Shown here one piece after another: positions 56,449 to 64,000 of a stretch of DNA of 64,000 nucleotides. The notes below the pieces were generated by a model. The model was not told the DNA's origin. It saw only the letters and a list, made by a program, of their open reading frames with translations, and ran no database searches. Each line of letters opens with the position of its first letter. Within the stretch, counting starts at the first letter, position 1. Made by a program: the position numbers and the translations under genes. Source of the stretch: an uncultured Actinomycetes bacterium (GTDB lineage Bacteria; Actinomycetota; Actinomycetes; Actinomycetales; Bifidobacteriaceae). Location of the stretch: the NCBI GenBank assembly GCA_900314875.1, contig OMWX01000003.1, positions 184,729 through 248,728 of the forward strand, read 5' to 3'.

Positions 56449-58266
56449 CTATTTCAATTCCTGCGCTCTAGAGCAGATACGATCCGCTGCGGCCGATACT
56501 TCGACTGCTTCGCTTTGCGAGCCGTCGCGGTTGCGAATTTCCACAGTGCCGTTTTGTGCCGTATCGCGTCCGGCTACGACAATAAGAGGCACTCCCAAAA
56601 GTTCGGCATCCTTAAACTTGACTCCGGGAGAAACCTTCGCGCGATCGTCGAAAATAACTTCAATTCCGCGTTCTTCCAGCTCGGATACAAGTTTTTCTGC
56701 CGCTTCAAACGCCGCGCTTTCCTTGCCGGCAGCCAGAATATGAACCTGAGCCGGAGCAACGGCTGCAGGCCATGCGAGCCCTTTGTCGTCATGATGGAAT
56801 TCCGCAATGCAGGCAAGCACGCGAGTCACGCCGATTCCGTAGGATCCCATCCAAACCGGAACCGACTTGCCGTTCTGATCCAAAACGTTCAGACCCAGAG
56901 CGTTCGAATACTTCAGGCCCAGCTGGAAAACCTGTCCTATTTCGACTCCGCGTTCAAAGCTTAAAGGTCCGGAACCGTCGGGACTTAAGTCGCCGGTGCG
57001 AACCTGAACAGCCTCAACCGTTCCGTCACACTTGAAATCGCGGCCGTAAACGGCATTCATAACATGAGAGTTCGCATTGTCCGCGCCTGTCACCCACTGC
57101 GAACCGTTTGCCACATGCGCGTCGGCAAGGTAACGCACAGTTCCTTCAAGACCTGCCGCTTCACGCTGCGGTCCGACTTTGGAGAATCCTATAAAACCTC
57201 TTACAAGCTCAGGATGTTTTTTAAAGTCTTCGTCGGATGCTTCCTCAATCTCTGCAGGAGAGAATGCGGCTTCAAGTCTTTTCATATCAACCTGACGGTC
57301 TCCGGGAACTGCGATTACTGCAATCTCTCGCCACGGTTTGCCGTCATGCTCGTCATCTGCCGGGTGTTTTACAGCGATAACGAAATTCTTCAAAGTATCG
57401 CACGCTTCCCATGCTCTTCCGTCTTCGCGCGGGCAATTCTCGTTAAGATATGCAATAAGAGACTCGATTGTTGCCGTTCCGGGAGTAGGAATTTCAGCAC
57501 ATGCGGGAACATTCGAATAATCGATATCCTCGGTTTCGGGTGTCGTCAGAGCTTCTACATTCCAAGCTTTTCCTGAAGGGGCGAGAGCAAAAGTATCTTC
57601 TCCGATTGCCAGAGGAGCCAGGAATTCCTCGGACTCAAAGCCCCCCATAGGTCCGGACACAGCATGAACGACCACATATTTTACGCCCAGACGGTCAAAA
57701 ATGCGCCGATATGCAGCTCTTTCCTCTTCATATGCTTTGACAAGACCTTCTTTGTCGGCAGTAAACGAATAAGCGTCTTTCATAACGAACTGACGGCCTC
57801 GAACAAGCCCGGCGCGCGGACGGAACTCGTCGCGATACTTATCCTGAATCTGATAAATGGTTACAGGCAGATCCTTGTATGAAGAATACATGTCCTTAAC
57901 CATAAGAGTGAACATTTCTTCATGTGTGGGAGCAAGAAGATAATCGGCTCCGTGACGATCCTTGAAACGGAAAATATTTTCGCCGTACTCATCCCAGCGG
58001 CGAGTAGCCTCGTAAGGTTCGCGCGGCATCATAGCCGGGAAATACACTTCCTGTGCGCCGATTTTTTCCATTTCCTCGCGGATAACAGTCTCAACCTTAT
58101 TCAAAACCTTGATTCCCAAAGGAAGCCAAGAAAAAATACCGGGAGCAACTTTTCGCACATATCCCGCGCGAGCAAGCAGCTTTGCCGAGTCCACGTCGGC
58201 GTCTGCGGGATCGTCGCGCAGCGTGCGAAGAAACAAGCCGGACATTCGTAATGCTTTAGAACTCAT
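56449..58266 (-). CDS. proS: Proline-tRNA ligase (bacterial type with editing insertion)
   Basis: Class II aaRS motifs and an INS domain are present. It starts MSSKALRMSGLFLRTLRDDPADA. Confidence 0.93.
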   Translation of the reverse strand: MSSKALRMSGLFLRTLRDDPADADVDSAKLLARAGYVRKVAPGIFSWLPLGIKVLNKVETVIREEMEKIGAQEVYFPAMMPREPYEATRRWDEYGENIFRFKDRHGADYLLAPTHEEMFTLMVKDMYSSYKDLPVTIYQIQDKYRDEFRPRAGLVRGRQFVMKDAYSFTADKEGLVKAYEEERAAYRRIFDRLGVKYVVVHAVSGPMGGFESEEFLAPLAIGEDTFALAPSGKAWNVEALTTPETEDIDYSNVPACAEIPTPGTATIESLIAYLNENCPREDGRAWEACDTLKNFVIAVKHPADDEHDGKPWREIAVIAVPGDRQVDMKRLEAAFSPAEIEEASDEDFKKHPELVRGFIGFSKVGPQREAAGLEGTVRYLADAHVANGSQWVTGADNANSHVMNAVYGRDFKCDGTVEAVQVRTGDLSPDGSGPLSFERGVEIGQVFQLGLKYSNALGLNVLDQNGKSVPVWMGSYGIGVTRVLACIAEFHHDDKGLAWPAAVAPAQVHILAAGKESAAFEAAEKLVSELEERGIEVIFDDRAKVSPGVKFKDAELLGVPLIVVAGRDTAQNGTVEIRNRDGSQSEAVEVSAAADRICSRAQELK

Positions 58267-58657
58267 ATTCCCAATTTATTCTTTCAAGAAGACAAAAGAA
58301 AACAATAATGTTTTTTCATAACCGACAATCCCTCGATTCTCGCAGCGGCATATGCGCGATGCCATTGTGCCGCCGTCCCGCGGAAGATTTCCCGCATGTT
58401 CGTCTTCGCAGAGCAGCCTAAACCCGAATCAGACATTTCGCCGCCTTGCGCCGCACATACAAAACGTATTTCAGACATTTTCCGGTTATAAAGAAAACCT
58501 CCTGTTTTCTCAAGACCAAAAAACGGGAGGCAGTTCATCGGCTTGCGCTTTTCATTATGCTGTTAAACAGAAGCTTCAAAACAAAAAGAAGGAAATGTGA
58601 AATTTCTAATTCCTTAACGCTAAGATCTCAAAAACACAAAAATCTCAAAAAACAAAA

Positions 58658-58694
58658 CTGCTGCGATAATCCGCAAAAAAGATCATCGCAGCAG
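58658..58694 (-). terminator. Intrinsic terminator after adhE
   Basis: ctgctgcgat ... atcgcagcag is a 10-bp stem. On the minus strand it is followed by ttttgtttttt. Confidence 0.6.
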
Positions 58695-58801
58695 TCTGTA
58701 ATTTGAATTGCAGTCTGCGATCAGCTCTGTGAACTAATCTGTAAATTAATCAGTAAAATCAGCAAATTGATCGCAAACGAATAACCGCATTGCCAAGGAT
58801 T

Positions 58802-61495
58802 TTACTTCTTGCCTTCGCCGCGCTTTTCGCGAAGCTTGTGTCCTTCTTCAATGCTTACGCCGTAGTATGCGGCGACAGCAATATCCTTCATATCCTCAAT
58901 CTGAGGAACTCGCGGATTTGCCGGAGCGCATTGATCTTCATAGGCGCGCATTCCGATTTGTTCGAGAACAGACCAGAAGTGCTCCTCGTCAACGCCGGCA
59001 GCCTGGAACGACTTATCCATGCCCAGCTTGTTGTCGCGATAATCTTCAACGGCCTGCGCAAGCTTTTCAACCGCATTGTCTTCGGTCACATCCAAACCGA
59101 GGTTCTTGGCGATCTCATAGTAACGCTTGGCAGCATTGTACTTCGAATACTTCGGCCAGCTTGTCGGCTCCGAGGGAACCTGACCGTTGTAACGGATTAC
59201 GTAAGGAAGAAGAATGGAGTTTGTACGCCCGTGAGCAACATGGCACAAAGCTCCGATCGTGTGAGCCATTGCGTGACACATGCCCAAGAATGCGGAACCG
59301 AACGACATGCCGGCCATGGTAGCCGCATTATGCATGTGCTCTTTTGCTTTAAGACGCGCTTCTCCGTCTTCCCCCGCAACGGAAACGACAAGATTATCCC
59401 AAATCAGCTTGGAAGCGTGCAAAGCCAGACCGTCTGTAAAGTCGTTGGCATATACGGAAACGTATGCTTCAAACGAGTGAGTCAAAGCGTCAAAACCGGA
59501 ATCCGAAGCCAGACGGCGAGGCTGCGTGTAAGCCAGAACAGGATCTACGATTGCAACCGTAGGAGTCAGCGCATAATCGGTGATCGGATACTTGTATCCG
59601 GTCTTATGATCGGTGATAACCGCGAACGGCGTGACTTCCGAACCTGTTCCCGACGAGGTGGGAATGCACACAAGCTTGGCTTTTTTGCCCAGCTGAGGAA
59701 TCTTGAATGCGCGCTTGCGAATATCGAAGAACTTCTCGCGAACGTCATCGAAAGAAATTTCGGGGTGTTCGTAAAGAAGCCACATGATCTTTGAAGCGTC
59801 CATGGGAGAACCGCCGCCGACAGCGATAATCGTATCGGGGTTAAACTCGTCGCGCATCATCTTGGCTCCGCGCTCAACAGTTTCGACGCTGGGTTCCGGC
59901 TCAACATAGTCGATAATGCGAATCTCGACATTATTCATGCGCTGACGCAGCTGGCTGATAACCTTGTCAGCCACTCCCAGTTCGGTCATAACGCGATCGC
60001 AGACGATAACAGCGCGATTAACATCTTCCATATCGCGCAAATACTTGATTGCATTCGGCTCGAAATACGTCTTTGCTGGAATCTTAAACCACTGCATGTT
60101 GTTGTTCCTCCGGGCAATGCGCTTGATATTGATAAGATTTACGGCTTGAACGTTGCCCGAAACGGAGTTTTCTCCGTAAGAACCGCATCCGAGCGTCAGA
60201 CTGGGAGCAATTGAATTGTAGATATCTCCGATTCCGCCCAAAGAGCTGGGAGAATTCCAAATAATGCGGCATGCGTGCATGCGATCTCCGTATTCGCGGA
60301 CAAGCTGCTCGTTATCCGTATGAATCGCAGCCGTATGTCCCGCTCCGTGAACAAGCATCTTCTCGCAGCTGACAAAAGCGTCTTCCTGATCCTTTGCCTT
60401 GACAAAAACCTGAACGGGAGCGAGCTTTTCAAGAGTAAGCGGTTCGCACTCGCCTATTTCCTTGCATTCTGCGGCAAGAATTGTCGCATCCGAGGGAATT
60501 TCAAATCCGGCAGCCTTTGCAATGTATTGAGGAGATTTTCCGGGAACAACCGAGTTGAGCTTAGCAGCCGGCGAACCTGCGGGAGCATAAGCCTCTACTC
60601 CGAACATATACTTCTCAAGCTTTGCTTTTTCTTCGGCGTTCACAAAGTAAGCTTTGCGGCGTTTCATCTCTTCGATAAGCGGCTTGTAAACATCCTTATT
60701 CGCGATAACGGCCTGTTCGGTAGCGCAAATCATTCCGTAATCAAAGTGCTTGGAAAGAACAAGGTCATTTGCCACGCGCTCAATGTCGACATTCGCGTCA
60801 ATGTACGCGGGAGCATTTCCCGCTCCGACTCCCAAAGCCGGCTTTCCTGAAGTGTACGCTGCCTTAACCATTCCCGGACCTCCGGTAGCAAGAATGGTTG
60901 CAACGCCGTCATGCTTCATAAGAGCGCCGGTAGCTTCAATCGAAGGATGCTCAATCCACTGAACGCAATCCTGAGGCGCTCCGGCTTCAATTGCCGCATC
61001 TCGAACAATCTTTGCGGCTTCGACAGAACACTTCTGAGCGCCCGGGTGGAAACCGAAAATAATCGGGCAACGGGTTTTCAAAGCAATCAGAGACTTAAAA
61101 ATAGCCGTAGAAGTCGGATTGGTAACGGGAGTGACGCCTGCTACGACTCCGACCGGCTCGGCAATTTCAATAATTCCGTTTACGTCATCCTCGTTAATAA
61201 TTCCTACCGTGCGCTGTTTTGCCAAATAATTCGTAACATGCTCGCACGCGAAGATATTCTTTACAGCTTTGTCTTCAACCAGTCCTCGACCTGTTTCTTC
61301 AACAGCCATTTTTGCCAGAACAAGGTGCTGTTTCAATGCCGCCACTGATGCTTTTGCAACAATGCGGTCTACTTGTTTTTGATCAAGCTTCTCAAACTCT
61401 TTAAGAGCTTTAAGACCCTTGGTTACAAGAGCGTCGATTTCTTTTTTTGCTTTCGCAGCAGCATCTTCGACATTTTTCACGTTGCTGTCAGACAC
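58802..61495 (-). CDS. adhE: Bifunctional acetaldehyde-CoA / alcohol dehydrogenase
   Basis: 897 aa, with an N-terminal ALDH domain and a C-terminal iron-ADH domain (GGGSPMD, HxxxH region). Confidence 0.95.
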   Translation of the reverse strand: MSDSNVKNVEDAAAKAKKEIDALVTKGLKALKEFEKLDQKQVDRIVAKASVAALKQHLVLAKMAVEETGRGLVEDKAVKNIFACEHVTNYLAKQRTVGIINEDDVNGIIEIAEPVGVVAGVTPVTNPTSTAIFKSLIALKTRCPIIFGFHPGAQKCSVEAAKIVRDAAIEAGAPQDCVQWIEHPSIEATGALMKHDGVATILATGGPGMVKAAYTSGKPALGVGAGNAPAYIDANVDIERVANDLVLSKHFDYGMICATEQAVIANKDVYKPLIEEMKRRKAYFVNAEEKAKLEKYMFGVEAYAPAGSPAAKLNSVVPGKSPQYIAKAAGFEIPSDATILAAECKEIGECEPLTLEKLAPVQVFVKAKDQEDAFVSCEKMLVHGAGHTAAIHTDNEQLVREYGDRMHACRIIWNSPSSLGGIGDIYNSIAPSLTLGCGSYGENSVSGNVQAVNLINIKRIARRNNNMQWFKIPAKTYFEPNAIKYLRDMEDVNRAVIVCDRVMTELGVADKVISQLRQRMNNVEIRIIDYVEPEPSVETVERGAKMMRDEFNPDTIIAVGGGSPMDASKIMWLLYEHPEISFDDVREKFFDIRKRAFKIPQLGKKAKLVCIPTSSGTGSEVTPFAVITDHKTGYKYPITDYALTPTVAIVDPVLAYTQPRRLASDSGFDALTHSFEAYVSVYANDFTDGLALHASKLIWDNLVVSVAGEDGEARLKAKEHMHNAATMAGMSFGSAFLGMCHAMAHTIGALCHVAHGRTNSILLPYVIRYNGQVPSEPTSWPKYSKYNAAKRYYEIAKNLGLDVTEDNAVEKLAQAVEDYRDNKLGMDKSFQAAGVDEEHFWSVLEQIGMRAYEDQCAPANPRVPQIEDMKDIAVAAYYGVSIEEGHKLREKRGEGKK

Positions 61496-61712
61496 TTATC
61501 CCCCTTGTTAAACATCAAACTCAGTCACTTTGCAAAAACCGCAGAGCTTAAATGCCGTTCGAATCGCAGTTCGAGACGGTGCGGTTTCAGCAAAGCAAAA
61601 CAAACAATGAATAAAATATATTATCCGAAACATCGTCTGTTCATACACCGATTGCATATACTATATCAAATTATATGACAACAAATAAAGTGTGCAAAAC
61701 ACGATTTATAGC

Positions 61713-61752
61713 AAAAAAGTCCTTTGCAGAAAATATTTTCCCCACAAAGGAC
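61713..61752 (-). terminator. Intrinsic terminator after rpsI
   Basis: gtcctttg ... caaaggac is an 8-bp stem. On the minus strand it is followed by tttttt. Confidence 0.65.
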
Positions 61753-61770
61753 TTTGTTAAAAGACAAGCA

Positions 61771-62259
61771 TTAACGCTTCGAGTACTGAGGAGCTTTGCG
61801 AGCCTTGTGCAAACCGGCCTTCTTGCGCTCGACCGTACGCGCGTCGCGAGTAAGGAATCCGGCTTTCTTCAAAGCAGCGCGGTTGCTTTCGCGATCAATC
61901 TCATTCAAAGCGCGCGCAACGCCCAGGCGGATAGCTCCGGCCTGCCCCGTGGTGCCGCCTCCGTCAACGAGAACAACAACGTCGAACTTGTTTTCCAGCT
62001 TAAGCAAAACAATCGGAGAGTTTACTTCGCGCTGCAGCAAACGGCTGGGGAAGTATTCCTCGAGAGTTCTTCCGTTGATTGTCCATTTTCCGGAACCGGG
62101 AACGAGACGAACACGAGCGACAGCTTCCTTGCGACGGCCGGTGCCGTAGCCGGGAGCAATCGCGGAAGTTCCTGTGCCTGCGCCCGCGTTTGATTCGGAA
62201 GTGTATGATGTGAGTTCTTCCTCGGTCTGGGGGACCCGGGAGTTTTCGGTATCAGCCAT
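61771..62259 (-). CDS. rpsI: 30S ribosomal protein S9
   Basis: It ends [11 protein letters not shown] and contains [19 protein letters not shown]. Confidence 0.95.
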   Translation of the reverse strand: MADTENSRVPQTEEELTSYTSESNAGAGTGTSAIAPGYGTGRRKEAVARVRLVPGSGKWTINGRTLEEYFPSRLLQREVNSPIVLLKLENKFDVVVLVDGGGTTGQAGAIRLGVARALNEIDRESNRAALKKAGFLTRDARTVERKKAGLHKARKAPQYSKR

Positions 62260-62284
62260 AATTATTTTCTCCTTTCAGTCCCTG

Positions 62285-62734
62285 TCATTTAGCCTGCTGA
62301 GAGACCTGAGTAATCTCAAACCGAACGGGATTCTGCGATGCGTGAGGATGCTCAGCTCCGCGGAATACGCGAAGTCTGCCGAGCTGAACCTTAGCAAGTC
62401 TGTTCTTGGGAAGCATACCCTTAACTGCAGCGCGGATAATGCGCTCAGGGTTCTTCTCAAGCAACTCACCGTAGGAATCCGCGCGCAAACCGCCCGGGAA
62501 TCCGGAGTGCTCGTAAAGATTCTTGCCCAGCTTGCTTCCGGTCAGCGCGATCTTATCGGCGTTAACGATAATCACATAGTTGCCCGAATCTGCATGAGGT
62601 GCAAACGTCGGCTTGTTCTTGCCGCGCAAAAGCGTAGCAGCCTGCACGGCGAGACGACCGAGAACTACATCTTCGGCGTCAATAACGTACCATTCGTGCG
62701 TTAAATCCGCCGGCTTAGGAGTGAAAGTCTTCAC
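62285..62734 (-). CDS. rplM: 50S ribosomal protein L13 (GTG start)
   Basis: It starts [20 protein letters not shown], a canonical L13 N-terminus. Confidence 0.95.
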   Translation of the reverse strand: MKTFTPKPADLTHEWYVIDAEDVVLGRLAVQAATLLRGKNKPTFAPHADSGNYVIIVNADKIALTGSKLGKNLYEHSGFPGGLRADSYGELLEKNPERIIRAAVKGMLPKNRLAKVQLGRLRVFRGAEHPHASQNPVRFEITQVSQQAK

Positions 62735-62746
62735 TGTTCAACCTTT

Positions 62747-62870
62747 TCTGTCTATTGTGTTCCGCAGTGCCTTGAAGCAACGGCACCGCATTGTCTGCGG
62801 GTTCCCTGAAAGTCCTAGCGAGTGGGACAGCGCTTTCCGGACCCCTGAGGGAACACAACATCTGTCTATA
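62747..62870 (-). promoter_or_regulatory. Structured 5' leader of rplM-rpsI (candidate ribosomal-protein autoregulatory leader)
   Basis: A closing helix tgtgttcc (62756-62763) / ggaacaca (62850-62857) encloses three helices. These are gttccct/agggaac, ccgca-gacaa-tgcgg and gtgcc-N10-ggcac. Confidence 0.35.
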
Positions 62871-62981
62871 TTATCCTCCCGCGCGGACGTAATCAACAGC
62901 GTGTCCCATCAAACTTTGCAAACCCTTATTTTCTGCGGCTTGCGCAATATGACTTTTGGGGTTTCTTTGTTTTTTCTCTGC

Positions 62982-64000
62982 TTATTTTTCCCCGCGCATC
63001 ACTTCAGCCAGAGAAAGCAGACGCTCATTCGAGAAAAGATGTTCAAGCCATACGACATTTTCCTGCCCGTCGGCAAGCGGCACCCTCCAGTTCGGATATT
63101 CATTGTCGGTTCCGGGCTGGTTCTGAGCGCGCCTCTCCCCTACCGCGTCGGTTATTGCCGCCGCCTGCAGTTTGGAAGGCGCGTCTCGCAAAGCACGGTG
63201 CATGCTCTCGACGATTTCCTGCTCGTGCGAGTCCTGATCATCCGAGAAAGCTTTGTCGAGGTATCCGTTTTGAACAAGCATTGAAATCATTTTGTCATGT
63301 TCATTCTTTGCTTCTTTCATGAATTCCTCAACAGAATTTGTAAGCAGATTCAGCTGTTCGCGAATCTTTACATGCTCATAATTCAAATATCCGGCAGTAG
63401 GCGGCATATCGTGAGTCGTCACGGAAGCCAAAGCATATTCGCGCCAATTCTCAGGCGGCACAAAACCGTTTTCGTCCTGCGTATACCATTCAATGACGCA
63501 GCCCATGAGACCGAATGATTTAAGAGCCTGCGCAACATTGGAAGGAACATTGCCCAAATCTTCGCCCACAATGGTTCCGTTCGCCCTCTTAGCTTCCAAA
63601 GCAAGGATTCCCAGCATTACAGAGCTGTCATAAGCAACATAACATCCGTCGGCTGCAGATCTTCCTTCAGGAATCCACCAAAGCCTGAAAAGTCCCAAAA
63701 CATGGTCGATTCGCACTGATCCTGCCAAATTGAACATCGAATGAACCATTTGGCGATAGAACTTATATCCGCTCTGCGCAAGATAATTCGGATTAAGCGG
63801 CGGCTGAGACCAGTTCTGTCCCTGCTGATTGAAGAAATCCGGCGGCGCGCCCACTGTCGCTCCGACCGCAAAACGCTCGGGATTCCACCAGACTTCAGCT
63901 CCCGACGGATGAACTCCGACCGCCATGTCAGCCATAATTCCGATTTTCATTCCGGCATCGGCAGCAGCTTTTTGAGCCTGAGCGATTTGAGAGACGGCAA
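62982..64000 (-). CDS. malQ: 4-alpha-glucanotransferase (amylomaltase), C-terminal part (5' end outside the window)
   Basis: The frame is open to the window edge. MADMAVGVHPSGAEVW, QNWSQPPLNP and VRIDHVLGLFRLWWIP are GH77 motifs. Confidence 0.88.
   Translation of the reverse strand, partial: AVSQIAQAQKAAADAGMKIGIMADMAVGVHPSGAEVWWNPERFAVGATVGAPPDFFNQQGQNWSQPPLNPNYLAQSGYKFYRQMVHSMFNLAGSVRIDHVLGLFRLWWIPEGRSAADGCYVAYDSSVMLGILALEAKRANGTIVGEDLGNVPSNVAQALKSFGLMGCVIEWYTQDENGFVPPENWREYALASVTTHDMPPTAGYLNYEHVKIREQLNLLTNSVEEFMKEAKNEHDKMISMLVQNGYLDKAFSDDQDSHEQEIVESMHRALRDAPSKLQAAAITDAVGERRAQNQPGTDNEYPNWRVPLADGQENVVWLEHLFSNERLLSLAEVMRGEK

Overview
The window is chromosomal DNA of about 50% GC. Gene content and order suggest a Bifidobacteriaceae-like actinobacterium: single-chain PurL, AdhE, alr-dgt-dnaG and smpB-CHAP-ftsX-ftsE-prfB. 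That placement is my inference and is unverified. Most of the window is housekeeping. It holds purL(partial)-purF-purM-purD, purE-purK plus a Fur-family gene, dnaG, dgt, alr, a peptide ABC system, coaX, glmS, an amino-acid ABC system, smpB, ftsEX, prfB, dapD, gltA, map, pepO, proS, adhE, rpsI-rplM and malQ(partial). The accessory part lies between purE (about 12.1 kb) and a tRNA-Arg (about 24.4 kb). It contains a complete type II-A CRISPR-Cas locus: cas9 (1453 aa), cas1, cas2, csn2 and an array of 11 identical 36-bp repeats with 10 spacers of 30 bp. An antisense tracrRNA candidate sits between cas9 and cas1. After the array come decayed mobile-element remnants (an XRE-type HTH gene and a frameshifted SLT lytic transglycosylase), a PadR-DUF1700-DUF4097 operon and repeat-rich non-coding DNA. 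The most notable observation concerns the 30-nt slot directly after the last CRISPR repeat. It matches 29/30 a site 36 kb downstream in the same chromosome, 8 nt upstream of an SSB-paralog start codon. No recognisable repeat follows it, so it looks like an orphan self-targeting spacer. Other points:
- cas9 is about 15 GC points lower than cas1/cas2.
- PurF carries a 9-Cys tail.
- The Zur-like regulator has a large insertion and is translationally abutted to purK.
- FtsE has a C-terminal extension of about 250 aa.
- The rplM leader is structured.
- Many intergenic regions carry perfect 10-16 bp tandem repeats.
I saw no transposase, integrase, rRNA or clearly novel multi-gene system. All calls come from reading the sequence and the ORF track by eye, with no searches run.
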